The notes below the pieces were generated by a model. It was not told the DNA's origin, ran no database searches, and was given only the letters and a program-made list of their open reading frames with translations. Position numbers and translations under genes: made by a program. Positions 1 to 10,213 of a DNA stretch of 64,000 nucleotides are shown piece by piece (positions within the stretch are counted from its first letter, which is position 1; each line of letters opens with the position of its first letter). Source of the stretch: Acidimicrobiia bacterium (GTDB lineage Bacteria; Actinomycetota; Acidimicrobiia; Acidimicrobiales; JBBSGY01); NCBI GenBank assembly GCA_039812705.1, contig JBDIBA010000004.1:269-64268 (forward strand), read 5' to 3'.

Positions 1-133
1 TCACAGGACTGGGAAGAAGTCCAGGCAGCACTTCTGACTAAGTGACGTGATCCGCTTTAGATGTGAAAGACTGTCGCGCGCTGCGTTCACGGTTTGCCGT
101 GTTCGTCGCATGTTTTGAAATTTCGAAGGGAAT

Positions 134-2962
134 TTGCACTTGCCGAAGAAGATCCGCGTTCACGAGTTGGCTAAGGAGCTGGGCGTAGCCAGCAAGGATG
201 CCCTTGAACTCGCGACCTCCCTCGGCATTGGCGTGAAAAGCGCTTCGTCGGGAATGGAAGAGGCCCAGGCCGACCGTGTTCGTCGCAAGGCCGCGGCCGA
301 AGGCATCGGGAAAAAGGAAGAACCCGCTGCAGCCAAGGCCCCCGCGCCGGCCCCCAAGGCCGAGGCGCCGAAGTCAGATTCCACGACTACTCGTGCAACG
401 TCGTCGTCGGTGCGTACCTCTCGTCCGGCAACACCACCTCCGGCTCCGCCGATTGCGAACGAACCTCCGCAGCGCGTAGAAGCCGACACGCCTACTGAGA
501 CACCTCGCGATATTGACGCTCCTGCGTCACCCGCTGCGCCAACTCATGACGTGCCAACTCGCGATGCGACAACCCGTGATGACGGTCAGTCATCATCGCC
601 ACAACGTCAGGGTCCACCGCGTCAACCGTTCGGCCCACGTCCGGGTTCCGCTGGCGGTCCGGGTTCGGCGGGTGGTCAAGGTCAACCAGGTCGCCCTCCA
701 AGCCCTCAACAGCGACTGCGGTCGGCGTCGGGCAAGCCCATTCCGCCTCCTCCGGGTGGTCCTCCTCGCTCAATGAGCGGCAAGCCCATTCCGCCCCCTC
801 CGGGCGCGGGTGGTCGTCCAATGCGTGGCGGTCCAGCCGGCGGCAACCGCACCGGCGCACCACGTCCGGGCGGCGCTCCAGGCGGACGTCCTCAGGGCGG
901 TGGCTATGGCGGCCCACGTCCGGGCGGCGCTCCAGGCGGCGGCGGTTTTGGCGGTCGTCCAGGTGGTGGTTTTGGAGGCGCTCCAGGCGGTGCACCTCCA
1001 GCAGGTGGCGCTCCAGGCGGTCGCGGTGGCGGCCGTGGCGGTGCTTTTGGCAACCGCGGTGGGCGTCCTCCAGCACGCAAGAAGAAGCGGCGTCGCAATG
1101 TCGAGGAACTAGAGCCAATTCAGGGCACCCAATACGTGCCTTCAAATGCTCCGGTTCCAGAAGGCGAAATCATCGTCGAGCGCGGTTCTACCGCTCAAGA
1201 CTTGGCACCAAAGCTCAACCGTTCGGTTGCAGACGTTGTGCGTTTCTTGTTGCAACAAGGCGAAATGATCACCGCGACAATGACTTTGTCCGATGACGCC
1301 ATCGAACTGTTTGCTGCCGAAATCGGCGCCGACATTCGCTTGGTAGACGCCGGTGAAGAACAAGAAGCCGCGCTTGCGCTGAAGTACTTCAGCGATGACG
1401 ACGACGAAGACGAGGGCAAGCAACGCACGCGTCCGCCTGTCATCACGGTTATGGGTCACGTCGACCACGGTAAGACGTCATTGTTGGACAAGATCCGCAG
1501 CGCCAACGTCGTGAGTGGCGAAGCCGGTGGCATCACGCAGCACATTGGTGCATATCAGGTCACCAAGAACGGCAAGGAAATCACCTTCATCGACACCCCG
1601 GGTCACGAAGCCTTTACGGCAATGCGTGCGCGCGGTGCAGATGTCACTGACGTCGTTGTCCTTGTTGTTTCTGCTGACGACGGTGTCATGCCGCAGACCA
1701 AGGAAGCCATTTCGCACGCTCGCGCGGCAGAGGTTCCCATCATTGTCGCCATCAACAAGATTGACCGACCAGATGCCAACCCAGAGCGCATCATGCAGCA
1801 ACTATCCGAAGAGGGCCTTGTTCCTGAAGCCTGGGGTGGAGACACCATCATGGTCCCGGTCTCTGCATTGCAGGGCATCGGAATCGACGAGCTTTTAGAG
1901 CAGCTGTTGTTGGTTGCCGAAGTCGAAGAACTCACTGCCAATCCAGAAGGCCGCGCGCGCGGTTTCGTTCTAGAAGGCAACCTTGACGTGGGTCGTGGTC
2001 CTGTCGCTACGGTCATTATTCAGCGCGGAACCCTTCGCGTCGGAGACCCTGCTGTTGCAGGCGCCGCATGGGGCAAGGTTCGTGCGCTCATTGACCACAA
2101 CGGTGACAACGTCAAAGAAGCACCGCCTTCCATGCCGGTTCAGGTTCTTGGCTTGTCAGATGTGCCGGTTGCCGGTGATGACCTGCGTGCAACCGTCGAT
2201 GACCGCACCGCGCGGACAATTGGCGAGCAGCGCGAGCGTCGTGCTCGTGCGACAAGCATTGCAAACCAGCGCACAACAACCAGCCACGTTGCAATCAGTG
2301 GCGGTGCGAAACTTGAAGACCTCTTCGAGCAGATCCAAAAGGGTGAAGCCGCAACGCTTAACCTCATTCTGCGCGCAGACGTTCAGGGTTCGTTGGAGGC
2401 CCTTACCGAGTCTCTGCGTCGCTTGGAGCGTGACGAAGTCAAGATCGGCTTTGTTCAGCGCCTCGTCGGTGGCATTACCCAGTCAGACGTTCAACTTGCT
2501 GCGACTGCAACTGGCGCAACCATTATTGGTTTCAATGTGCGTCCTGACCGTGCGGCTCGCGAGTTGGCAGAACGTCTCGGTGTCGAGATCCGCACTTACG
2601 AAGTCATTTACCGAGTCATCGAAGACATGCAAAAGGCAATGTTGGGAATGCTCGCGCCAGAGTTCGAAGAAGTCGTCACAGGCGATGCCGAAGTGCGCGA
2701 AATCTTCCGCGTGCCTCGCATTGGTGCAATCGCTGGTTGCTACGTCACCAACGGTGTCATCACGCGTGGTTCCAAGGTTCGATTCCTTCGTGAAGGGTCC
2801 GTCATTTGGAAGGGCGCCATTCAGTCGTTGCGTCGCTTTAAGGACGATGCGCGTGAAGTCCAGCAGGGCTTCGAGTGCGGTATCGGCCTCACCGACTTCC
2901 AAGACCTCAAGGAAGGCGACGTCATCGAAACTTATGAAGAGCGAGAGATCGAACGCACCTGA
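134..2962 (+). CDS. infB: translation initiation factor IF-2
   Basis: 942-aa ORF with the N-terminal [11 protein letters not shown] motif, a long Pro/Gly/Ala-rich linker, GTPase motifs [12 protein letters not shown] / DTPGHEAF / NKID and conserved C-terminal IF-2 domains. The track start at 134 is TTG. An in-frame TTG at 140 lies 9 nt after GAAGGG and is equally plausible. Confidence 0.97.
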   Translation: MHLPKKIRVHELAKELGVASKDALELATSLGIGVKSASSGMEEAQADRVRRKAAAEGIGKKEEPAAAKAPAPAPKAEAPKSDSTTTRATSSSVRTSRPATPPPAPPIANEPPQRVEADTPTETPRDIDAPASPAAPTHDVPTRDATTRDDGQSSSPQRQGPPRQPFGPRPGSAGGPGSAGGQGQPGRPPSPQQRLRSASGKPIPPPPGGPPRSMSGKPIPPPPGAGGRPMRGGPAGGNRTGAPRPGGAPGGRPQGGGYGGPRPGGAPGGGGFGGRPGGGFGGAPGGAPPAGGAPGGRGGGRGGAFGNRGGRPPARKKKRRRNVEELEPIQGTQYVPSNAPVPEGEIIVERGSTAQDLAPKLNRSVADVVRFLLQQGEMITATMTLSDDAIELFAAEIGADIRLVDAGEEQEAALALKYFSDDDDEDEGKQRTRPPVITVMGHVDHGKTSLLDKIRSANVVSGEAGGITQHIGAYQVTKNGKEITFIDTPGHEAFTAMRARGADVTDVVVLVVSADDGVMPQTKEAISHARAAEVPIIVAINKIDRPDANPERIMQQLSEEGLVPEAWGGDTIMVPVSALQGIGIDELLEQLLLVAEVEELTANPEGRARGFVLEGNLDVGRGPVATVIIQRGTLRVGDPAVAGAAWGKVRALIDHNGDNVKEAPPSMPVQVLGLSDVPVAGDDLRATVDDRTARTIGEQRERRARATSIANQRTTTSHVAISGGAKLEDLFEQIQKGEAATLNLILRADVQGSLEALTESLRRLERDEVKIGFVQRLVGGITQSDVQLAATATGATIIGFNVRPDRAARELAERLGVEIRTYEVIYRVIEDMQKAMLGMLAPEFEEVVTGDAEVREIFRVPRIGAIAGCYVTNGVITRGSKVRFLREGSVIWKGAIQSLRRFKDDAREVQQGFECGIGLTDFQDLKEGDVIETYEEREIERT
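611..1072 (+). repeat. low-complexity Pro/Gly-rich coding repeats inside infB
   Basis: Translated units are [17 protein letters not shown] (x2), PRPGGAPGG (x2) and GGFGG. Near-identical DNA copies of ggcaagcccattccgcc(t/c)cctccggg start at about 731 and 779. Copies of ccacgtccgggcggcgctccaggcgg start at 860 and 914. Confidence 0.8.
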
Positions 2963-2999
2963 TCCGGGTGTAATAGTGATCAATCGAGCTTGTAACGAA

Positions 3000-3033
3000 C
3001 AAACCGTCCGCAACCCGGGCGGTTTGTTTTTGT
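3000..3033 (+). terminator. intrinsic terminator after infB
   Basis: 11-bp stem caaaccgtccg / cgggcggtttg (one G-U pair), 5-nt loop, followed by TTTTTG. It lies 38 nt after the infB stop. Confidence 0.8.
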
Positions 3034-3118
3034 ACTTACTAAAGGGCCCGCCTGCAGTGCCGATGGGGGCGGTGTCCACTTTCTATGAAATGCGACCGGC
3101 TACCTTCGGGCGCGTTAT

Positions 3119-3985
3119 TTGAATACCAGGGGAGTTATCTTGGATCGTTGCGCAATTCTCATCGACGCTGGCCACTTGCTAGCCGAGGGCGGCAAGCTCG
3201 TTTGCAACACAAAGAATCGCGCGATGATTCAGTGTGACTACGCAGCAATGCTTGGCGACCTTGCATCAATGGTTGAAGAAGACGCAGACATGCCTGTGTT
3301 GCGTACTTATTGGTACGACGCAGCGCCAGATGCCGTTCCAACCTTTGAACAGCTGCGCATTGCTGACCTCGCCGGCGTCAAGATCCGCCTTGGTCGCCTG
3401 ACTCGCGGTCAACAAAAGGGCGTTGACTCTTTGATCTATCGCGACTTGGTGCGCCTTGCCCGTGAGCGTGCCGTGGCAAACGTTTATCTGCTCGGTGGCG
3501 ACGACGATCTTCTCGACGGAATGATCGAGGCGCAGGACTTTGGCATGCACGTCACCATTGTTGGCGTCGAAGCCGTTGCAGGACGCAACCAGTCTGGAAC
3601 CCTCATCCGCGAAGCCGATGACCACATCGTGTTGAAGACCGATTTTTGGTCGCAGTACATTTCGGCTGCTCCCGATACAGGGGAGATGGCAGTTCACGAC
3701 ACTGCGCAAGACGGCGAGCAAGCCGGTGAGCAGTTTGCGTTGTCATGGGCGGCTCGTTCGTCACAAGACGAACTCATGGGCTTGGTCCAGATGGCCCCGC
3801 GCATTCCAAAGGAACTTGACGTTCAGCTTTTGATGACCACTCAGCGGTTGCTGGATGAAACCATGCTGGACCGTGACACCAAGTACGCGGCTCGTGCCGG
3901 TTTCTGGCGTGCGGTCAAGCGTGCGGCGCGTGGCGAAGTCGTCACCGACGAAGTAGTCGAAGAGACCCAAGACTCACTCGTATAG
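3119..3985 (+). CDS. NYN (LabA-like, PIN-fold) domain protein with an unassigned C-terminal extension
   Basis: 288-aa ORF. It carries the acidic-residue pattern of NYN domains: ILIDAGHL, YWYD, QKGVDSLIYRDL, YLLGGDDDL. The last ~100 aa have no motif I recognise. The track start at 3119 is TTG. An in-frame TTG at 3140 preceded by AGGGGAG is the more likely start. Confidence 0.75.
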   Translation: MNTRGVILDRCAILIDAGHLLAEGGKLVCNTKNRAMIQCDYAAMLGDLASMVEEDADMPVLRTYWYDAAPDAVPTFEQLRIADLAGVKIRLGRLTRGQQKGVDSLIYRDLVRLARERAVANVYLLGGDDDLLDGMIEAQDFGMHVTIVGVEAVAGRNQSGTLIREADDHIVLKTDFWSQYISAAPDTGEMAVHDTAQDGEQAGEQFALSWAARSSQDELMGLVQMAPRIPKELDVQLLMTTQRLLDETMLDRDTKYAARAGFWRAVKRAARGEVVTDEVVEETQDSLV

Positions 3986-4062
3986 GACTGCCCTCGGGCA
4001 GAGTCCCGAGGCGTGTTGCACGACGTAGTCCGGTTTGTCGTGTTCATTTGTCGCGATAGTTT

Positions 4063-5283
4063 TTGCGCGTGGTTAAACGCAGTACTTCAAGTCCAACACG
4101 TAGCTCTGTTACCCGCAAAGCCAGTGACGACAGGCCAGTCGTAAGGATCCTCAACTCGATCCGTCAACGCGCTGTTGCCTTTGATGAGCAGTTTGATTCA
4201 TCAAGGAAGCCTGCCAAATCGGCAAAACCTCCAGCCGGAATAACGTTTGCCGATCGATGGATTTTCGAGATGGTGCGCGGCGCGCACGAAATGGACCAAC
4301 TGAACCACTCTGTGGCGAAGTCGCGTGGCGGCCGGATCCAAGGCGTGCCGGAAAAGCGGTCCAATGTCGAACAACTTCTCGAGGCGCTTAGTGATCCAAG
4401 TCTGGAGCAGCACGCCTCGTCAATGCGTGATGCTCTCAGTGAGAACGAGGTGACGAATCTCCACCTTCATGACCAGATCCTGGCTGCAAGTATTCGAGGT
4501 CTGCGTACTTATCTTGATCCCGCAGAAGGCATTCAGCGCCGTCCTGCCCAGGCGTGGATGAGGACGCTCACTCATAAGTGGGTGCTTACTGATTACCCGA
4601 AGGAAGCCAATTTCGATCCAGACGCACTGTTGGCGGCGCAGCCTCGGCGCTATGGGTCCATGTTGACCAAAGGCGACGAGAGGTACGCGTTGCCATCGAA
4701 CAGCAAGATGACCGAGAGCCCGGTCATTGCTCATCTGGTTTCTGCTCTGAGGATTGTTGAGCGCAATCCGCAGATCGAGATTGCTAACTCGCGATCCGTT
4801 TCCCAGAAACGGGCTCCAGTCGTCACTGCAAGAGACCGCAGCGGCGTAGTTATTAAGAAGCGCCCCCCGATCCTGCCAAGAATCAGTTTCATCGACTTTT
4901 GGTCCAAGCCCGAACGAATCATTTTCGCGCAGAGAATTTCGCCGGATGCTTCAGCAGCGTTCTTGTGTGAGATTCCTTTTCGCTTTGAACTTACGGGCAG
5001 GGGTTCTTACATGGTTTTTGACCGACCAAGAAGGACGGTTTGCGAGGGCGATCAATTGGAGCAACTGTTCGGCAGCGTGCTGTTGAAACCAATCACGGGT
5101 CGCAGTTTTGGAGAACTCGAGAAAGTAGTTAACGAGGCTGCTGGCGAACTGAATTCTCTTGGTGTTGCGTCAGCCCCAAGCCCGTTGGACATCAGGGATC
5201 GCACAATGCTTGCTACGGCACTTGGCGACGCAGGCGCACGGGAGTTTGAGGGCGCCAGTATCGATACTGCGAGGGGTTTTTAG
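4063..5283 (+). CDS. hypothetical protein (orphan, no recognisable domain)
   Basis: 406-aa ORF in a locally lower-GC stretch, too long to be chance. It has no P-loop, HTH, TM or nuclease motif that I recognise. It contains 14 AGA/AGG Arg codons, while recA has none. The TTG start at 4063 is uncertain; later in-frame ATGs exist, for example at MVRGAHEMD. Confidence 0.6.
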   Translation: MRVVKRSTSSPTRSSVTRKASDDRPVVRILNSIRQRAVAFDEQFDSSRKPAKSAKPPAGITFADRWIFEMVRGAHEMDQLNHSVAKSRGGRIQGVPEKRSNVEQLLEALSDPSLEQHASSMRDALSENEVTNLHLHDQILAASIRGLRTYLDPAEGIQRRPAQAWMRTLTHKWVLTDYPKEANFDPDALLAAQPRRYGSMLTKGDERYALPSNSKMTESPVIAHLVSALRIVERNPQIEIANSRSVSQKRAPVVTARDRSGVVIKKRPPILPRISFIDFWSKPERIIFAQRISPDASAAFLCEIPFRFELTGRGSYMVFDRPRRTVCEGDQLEQLFGSVLLKPITGRSFGELEKVVNEAAGELNSLGVASAPSPLDIRDRTMLATALGDAGAREFEGASIDTARGF

Positions 5284-5291
5284 CCGGCTGT

Positions 5292-7421
5292 TCAGTCTCG
5301 ACGTCCCGCCGACAGACGAACGCCCTCGGGAAGGTTGGAGATGTGAACTTCACCGTCTTCAACATCAATTGTGATTCGATGACCGCCATAAGCCAGCTTC
5401 ACGACTCTTAGGTCTCCAAAGTGTTCGGGCAAAACCGGATTGCAACGAACGGTGTTGCGCGGCGCATCGACTTCAAGGCGCAGCAGCGTGCGCAGCATCC
5501 ACCACGGGGTGGCAGCGGCCCACGCTTGAGGGGAGCAGGTGGTTGGGTATTCAACCGGGCATTCGGAGTCTCCGCGGGGTTGTCCGCCATAGATCTCCGG
5601 CAGGTGCCCACCAAAAGCCGTTCCCGCGTCGACAACTGCGGCGACAACGCGCTGGGCCTCTTCAACAAAGCCGTAGCGCATCAAACCGGCCGCAACGATT
5701 GCGTTGTCATGCGGCCAGACAGCACCGTTGTGATACGCGAGTGGGTCATATGCGCCCATGTCAGAGCCCATCGTGCGCACACCCCAACCGCTGAACATCT
5801 CGTCGCTCAGCAACATGGCGGCAACCGCGGGTGCCTTGTCTTCGTCAATGATCCCGGTCCACAAACAGTGTGCGACGTTTGACGATGTCGAGTCGATGAG
5901 GTTCTTGTTGCCGTCAAGTGCCATTGCATAGAAGCCGCGCTCGGGCATCCAGAACTTTTCGTTGAATCGCTCTTTGAGGACTTGGGCTTTTTTGTGACAC
6001 TCCGCGGCCTTTTCGTCGTCGCCGCTTTGTTCGGCGATTTCGGCTCGTGCCATGTAGGCGCCGTAGAGGTATCCCTGCACTTCGCTCAACGCGATTGATC
6101 CACTAGCTATTTCGCCCTTTGCGTTGGCCATGGCAAACGAGGAGTCTTTCCAACCCTGGTTCAACAAGCCGTTGTCGCCGCTGCGTAGGTACTCAACAAA
6201 GCCGTCGCCATCGCGGTCGCCATACTCTTCACACCAAGCAAGCGCCTTGTCTGCGCAGGGGAGCAGTTGCTGCAGGTCTTCATCGCTCAAACCCCACTTG
6301 CGCGCCTCGCCAAGAACAATGACAAACAGCGGGCTGGCGTCGATGGTTCCGAAATAGCGGTAGGCGTTGTTGAGCGAAAGCGACGAACCCGAACCTGTGC
6401 GGACTTCGTGAAGGATCTTGCCTGGTTGTTCTTCCGAGCTTGGGTCCTCCTTTGTTCCTTGCAGGCGCCCAAGTGCGTGGAGAACACCTTGGGCAAGGTC
6501 GGGGGCAACTGGCAATGCGGCGAATGCAGTCAAGAGAGAGTCGCGACCGAACAGAGTCATGTACCAAGGAGCACCTGCCGCAACCAGGTAACGCGTGTGC
6601 ACGTCGGGGTCTGGAATGCGCAACGCTGCAAGGTCTGCAGAACTGCGCGCAACAAGGTCAACAAGACTTTCGGAGTGCGCCGACAGGGTTGTGGTGTCGT
6701 TGCGCCAACTTTCCAAACGCTTGTGTGGCGCACTTTGTTCAACGGGAAGCGCCAGCGGGTGGTCGGGGTCAAGCTCGGCGCCGTCCATGATCGGTGTGAT
6801 CTGAATGCTGGTCAACCAGTTTTCATTGGGCTCAAGAGTAAAGCTGAAGTGCACACCGTCGGTTCGGAAGTCCGCTTGACGGCTACAAGTAACGCGTGTT
6901 GAGCGGTTTCCGTTCATGTCGCCGTGAAACTCCAAGCGGTCATCGGAGCGTCTGATGCGTACTTCGTCGTGAAAGCCTGGCGCACGTGATTGACGGACTT
7001 GGAACGGGTCTGCAAAGTCGGTAGCCACGTGTAGCGAAACTTCAATGTCAATTGGCTGCAGAGCACCGGAGCGCAAGATGAGGTCTTCGCGCATTCCATT
7101 GCCGACATAGCGACGACGTTCAACACCAATCTGAGTGACCGTGTCTTCGTCGTCTTTCACTTCGACAATTGCGCGATGCACAGAACTGAACGGAGTGGGT
7201 GTTTGCGCGTCGATCAACACTGGTGTCGCACCGTTGATTCGCAACTGACATTGAGACAAGTAGCGAGTGTCGGAAACGAAAACCCCCATGGCCTTCCCGG
7301 GGTCCACATCGCCGGTGGCGGCCGAGATGGCAAAGCAATAGCCATCAAGAATGGTTACCTGGCCTTCACCTGCGGTGGTGGCCGTGTCGAATTGGTCGTC
7401 GTCGCGCCACGGAATACTCAC
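5292..7421 (-). CDS. amylo-alpha-1,6-glucosidase / glycogen-debranching-enzyme-like glycoside hydrolase
   Basis: 709-aa ORF with a GTG start. The N-terminal part resembles bacterial GDE N-domains (VTILDGYCFAIS...VFVSDTRYLS). The C-terminal (alpha/alpha)6-type part has LFGRDS, GKILHE, EVQGY and WPHDN-like motifs typical of GDE_C enzymes. Confidence 0.82.
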   Translation of the reverse strand: MSIPWRDDDQFDTATTAGEGQVTILDGYCFAISAATGDVDPGKAMGVFVSDTRYLSQCQLRINGATPVLIDAQTPTPFSSVHRAIVEVKDDEDTVTQIGVERRRYVGNGMREDLILRSGALQPIDIEVSLHVATDFADPFQVRQSRAPGFHDEVRIRRSDDRLEFHGDMNGNRSTRVTCSRQADFRTDGVHFSFTLEPNENWLTSIQITPIMDGAELDPDHPLALPVEQSAPHKRLESWRNDTTTLSAHSESLVDLVARSSADLAALRIPDPDVHTRYLVAAGAPWYMTLFGRDSLLTAFAALPVAPDLAQGVLHALGRLQGTKEDPSSEEQPGKILHEVRTGSGSSLSLNNAYRYFGTIDASPLFVIVLGEARKWGLSDEDLQQLLPCADKALAWCEEYGDRDGDGFVEYLRSGDNGLLNQGWKDSSFAMANAKGEIASGSIALSEVQGYLYGAYMARAEIAEQSGDDEKAAECHKKAQVLKERFNEKFWMPERGFYAMALDGNKNLIDSTSSNVAHCLWTGIIDEDKAPAVAAMLLSDEMFSGWGVRTMGSDMGAYDPLAYHNGAVWPHDNAIVAAGLMRYGFVEEAQRVVAAVVDAGTAFGGHLPEIYGGQPRGDSECPVEYPTTCSPQAWAAATPWWMLRTLLRLEVDAPRNTVRCNPVLPEHFGDLRVVKLAYGGHRITIDVEDGEVHISNLPEGVRLSAGRRD

Positions 7422-7507
7422 GCGCTACACGGTATCGGCATGGGGTGGGTAATGGGTTCGCTTAGGATTGACGCCACTTGAGTGCCCCAAAGGGGAGGAG
7501 ACACCAG

Positions 7508-7948
7508 ATGAGCCGCACGCGAAAACAACAAAGCACGCACCGCTACCCGCGCAGTGCGCGCATTAACGAGGTCCTTCGCGAAGTCATTGCAACGGCGCTG
7601 GAAAGGATCGAAGACGACGACCCGCGTCTCAATCTGGTGACCGTCACCGCAGTAGACACCGAAGACGACATTCGCCACGCCACCGTTTACTTTTCCGCGT
7701 TGGACACCGACGCCTCGCTTGAAGAAGTTACCGCTGCGCTGGAAGAACACCGCGTGGCATTGCAGAAGGAAATCGGCAGCAGTTCTTCAATGAAGCACAC
7801 TCCGCAGCTTCGTTTCGCCCCAGATATGGGAGTTATTGAGGGCCAACGCATTGACTCGGTCATTCGCAACCTTCCGCCGATGATCAGCAATGACGATGAA
7901 ACCGGTTCGGAATCCAATGAACAGCAGAGTTCGTCTGACGCGCGATGA
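7508..7948 (+). CDS. rbfA: ribosome-binding factor A
   Basis: RINEVLREVIATALERIEDDDPRL...VTVTAVDTEDDIRHATVYF is typical RbfA. The ATG at 7508 lies 7 nt after AAGGGGAGGAG. The track ORF starts at TTG 7478. The stop overlaps the truB start (ATGA). Confidence 0.93.
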   Translation: MSRTRKQQSTHRYPRSARINEVLREVIATALERIEDDDPRLNLVTVTAVDTEDDIRHATVYFSALDTDASLEEVTAALEEHRVALQKEIGSSSSMKHTPQLRFAPDMGVIEGQRIDSVIRNLPPMISNDDETGSESNEQQSSSDAR

Positions 7949-8856
7949 GCGTTAATGGCTTATTGCTGGTCGACAAGGAAACCGGCATTACGTCACAAGG
8001 TGTTGTTTCAAAGGCCCGCCGTAGCGCCAATCAGAAGCGAATTGGCCACTCGGGCACCCTCGACCCCGGTGCGACCGGCCTGATGCTGTTGGCATTTGGC
8101 TCTGCAACGCGCTTGATCGATTTCACCTCTGGGTTTACAAAGTCATACGTGGGCGAGATGGTGCTTGGCACGACAACAACAACCCTTGATGACGAAGGCG
8201 ATGTCGTTGAGACTTTTGACATGTCAGGTGTTTCGCCAGTTCGCGTTGCCGAGGCAGCAGCGGGTTTTGTGGGCGAGATCCTGCAGGTTCCGCCAATGGT
8301 CAGTGCAATCAAGGTGCAAGGCAAGCGCCTGCACGAACTTGCTCGTCAGGGGATCGAGGTCGAACGCAAGGCGCGCCCCGCAACCATTCACAGCCTTGAG
8401 GTGCTGCCGACTACCAGCAAAGGCGTGTTCAACGTTGCCGCAACGGTTTCAACCGGAACCTATATCCGCAGTCTTGTTGCAGACATTGGTAGCGCGCTGG
8501 GCGGCGGTGCACACCTCAGAAACCTGCGCCGTACGGCCATTGGTCCATTTCACGTCGACAGCGCCGTGCGTCAGGCTGCCCTTGATATTTCGATAGACGA
8601 GTGGATTCTTCAGTTGAAAACACCGGCGCAGATGGTTGCGCACCTGGACTCTCTGTCGCTCGATGCTTCTACTGCCGAACGCATTTCGAATGGCGCCCGA
8701 TTGACTGTTGGGGACTTCCCAGAACTCGCACAGCTGGGCGCGGGTCCCTATGCAATGGTCGACGAGTCGGGTGAATTGCGTGCGATCTATGAGCGCCGCG
8801 GCAACGTGTTGGCGTCGCGGGTCACGCTTCCAACGCAGGTCGCCAGCGGGGGTTAG
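7945..8856 (+). CDS. truB: tRNA pseudouridine-55 synthase
   Basis: 303 aa with GLLLVDKETGITS and the catalytic HSGTLDPGATGLMLL motif. It sits in the conserved position after rbfA. Confidence 0.95.
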   Translation: MSVNGLLLVDKETGITSQGVVSKARRSANQKRIGHSGTLDPGATGLMLLAFGSATRLIDFTSGFTKSYVGEMVLGTTTTTLDDEGDVVETFDMSGVSPVRVAEAAAGFVGEILQVPPMVSAIKVQGKRLHELARQGIEVERKARPATIHSLEVLPTTSKGVFNVAATVSTGTYIRSLVADIGSALGGGAHLRNLRRTAIGPFHVDSAVRQAALDISIDEWILQLKTPAQMVAHLDSLSLDASTAERISNGARLTVGDFPELAQLGAGPYAMVDESGELRAIYERRGNVLASRVTLPTQVASGG

Positions 8857-8865
8857 GTTTTTCTT

Positions 8866-9849
8866 GTGCGCGTACTCCAAGCTCAGTCCAAACAAGGTGA
8901 ACTCAGGCACCTGCCCGACGGCGCCGCGGCGGAACCGTCGGCGGACCGTCCGGAGCGTGGCTCGGTAATCACCATTGGTGCATTTGACGGGCTTCACATT
9001 GGGCATCGCAGCTTGATCCGCCAAGTGATCAGTCGCGCACAAGACCTTGACTGTGCGTCGGCCGTCATCACCTTTGACCGTCACCCGGCATCGGTGGTGC
9101 GCCCGGAATCCGCACCACCGCTGCTGACCGACCTCGATCAAAAGCTTGAGCTGATTGGTGCAACCGGCGTTGATTACACCTTGGTGGTCCCGTTTGATGA
9201 GGCTCGCGCCCAAGAAGAGGCCGAGGACTTCATTGACGAGGTGCTGATTGATCGCCTTGGTGCGCGAGCAATTGTCATTGGGCACGACTTCCATTTCGGG
9301 CGTGGCCGCCGTGGCGATGCCGAGATGCTTGATGAGATTGGGAAGTCCAAGGGTTTTGAGGTCATTGAACCGGCTGTCGTCATGGTTGACGATGTCGTTG
9401 TTTCATCAACCGCCATTCGTGCGGCGCTGGACGAGGGCCGCGTCCAAGACGCTGCGGTCATGTTGGGTCGACCTCATGAGGTGCGAGGTCTCGTCATCAT
9501 GGGTGACGGACGCGGTAGAGAGCTGGGCTATCCAACAGCCAACATCCACATTCCGTCGACCATCAAGTTGCCGGCTGATGGCGTCTATGCGGGGACCTAC
9601 AGTTCGCCCGACGGCAAGGAGCATCCGGCCGCCATTTCGCTTGGAACCCGGCCAACGTTCTACGACAACGGCGATCAGTTGCTCGAAGTGCACCTCATCG
9701 ACTTTTCGGGCGACCTATACGGACAAAACGCCCGAGTCCGCTTTACCCACCGCATTCGCGGTCAGGAGCGGTTCGACTCCGTCGAGGCCTTGGTCAAGAA
9801 GATGGCTGAAGACACGGCAGCTGCCCAGCGCATGCTTGCGAACAAATAG
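8866..9849 (+). CDS. ribF: bifunctional riboflavin kinase / FMN adenylyltransferase
   Basis: 327 aa with the N-terminal nucleotidyltransferase motif ITIGAFDGLHIGH and a C-terminal riboflavin kinase part (LGYPTANIH, GTRPTF). GTG start. Confidence 0.93.
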   Translation: MRVLQAQSKQGELRHLPDGAAAEPSADRPERGSVITIGAFDGLHIGHRSLIRQVISRAQDLDCASAVITFDRHPASVVRPESAPPLLTDLDQKLELIGATGVDYTLVVPFDEARAQEEAEDFIDEVLIDRLGARAIVIGHDFHFGRGRRGDAEMLDEIGKSKGFEVIEPAVVMVDDVVVSSTAIRAALDEGRVQDAAVMLGRPHEVRGLVIMGDGRGRELGYPTANIHIPSTIKLPADGVYAGTYSSPDGKEHPAAISLGTRPTFYDNGDQLLEVHLIDFSGDLYGQNARVRFTHRIRGQERFDSVEALVKKMAEDTAAAQRMLANK

Positions 9850-9903
9850 GGACGAGCCCTAGCTGCCGGTACCCCAGCTGGACTGCTAGTCTCTCAAGCC
9901 GAC

Positions 9904-10161
9904 ATGAGTGAAAAGTCCGCAACCATCGAAAAGCACCGGACGCACGAGACCGACACGGGTTCGCCAGAGGTCCAAGTTGCCCTGCTTACAAGCCGCATTA
10001 GCCACCTGACCGAGCACCTCAAGGTGCACAAGGGCGATCACCACACCCGTCGTGGTTTGATGATGCTCATTGGTCGCCGCCGCCGTCTTCTCAATTACGT
10101 GATGAAGAACGACGTTGAGCGTTACCGCGCACTTGTCGCAAAACTCGGCCTTCGCCGTTAA
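9904..10161 (+). CDS. rpsO: 30S ribosomal protein S15
   Basis: 85 aa. [48 protein letters not shown] is the canonical S15 sequence. Confidence 0.97.
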   Translation: MSEKSATIEKHRTHETDTGSPEVQVALLTSRISHLTEHLKVHKGDHHTRRGLMMLIGRRRRLLNYVMKNDVERYRALVAKLGLRR

Positions 10162-10178
10162 GAAAAGATCTAGTTAGC

Positions 10179-10213
10179 AAAAGAGCTGCCTTAGCGGGCA
10201 GCTCTTTTGTTTA
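10179..10213 (+). terminator. rpsO terminator / pnp-leader hairpin
   Basis: Perfect 12-bp stem aaaagagctgcc / ggcagctctttt with a short loop, followed by GTTT. It lies 18 nt after the rpsO stop. Confidence 0.75.

Noticed and set aside
1-45. An open frame-1 reading (SQDWEEVQAALLTK, then stop) at the left edge. It may be the 3' end of the gene preceding infB (ylxR or L7Ae-like).
   Set aside because: Only 14 codons are visible, which is too short to support any call.
1983-3122. A 379-aa + strand ORF overlapping the 3' half of infB out of frame.
   Set aside because: It is the alternative frame of a clearly coding IF-2 region. The peptide is Ser/Arg/Leu-rich without motifs, and it reads through the infB terminator.
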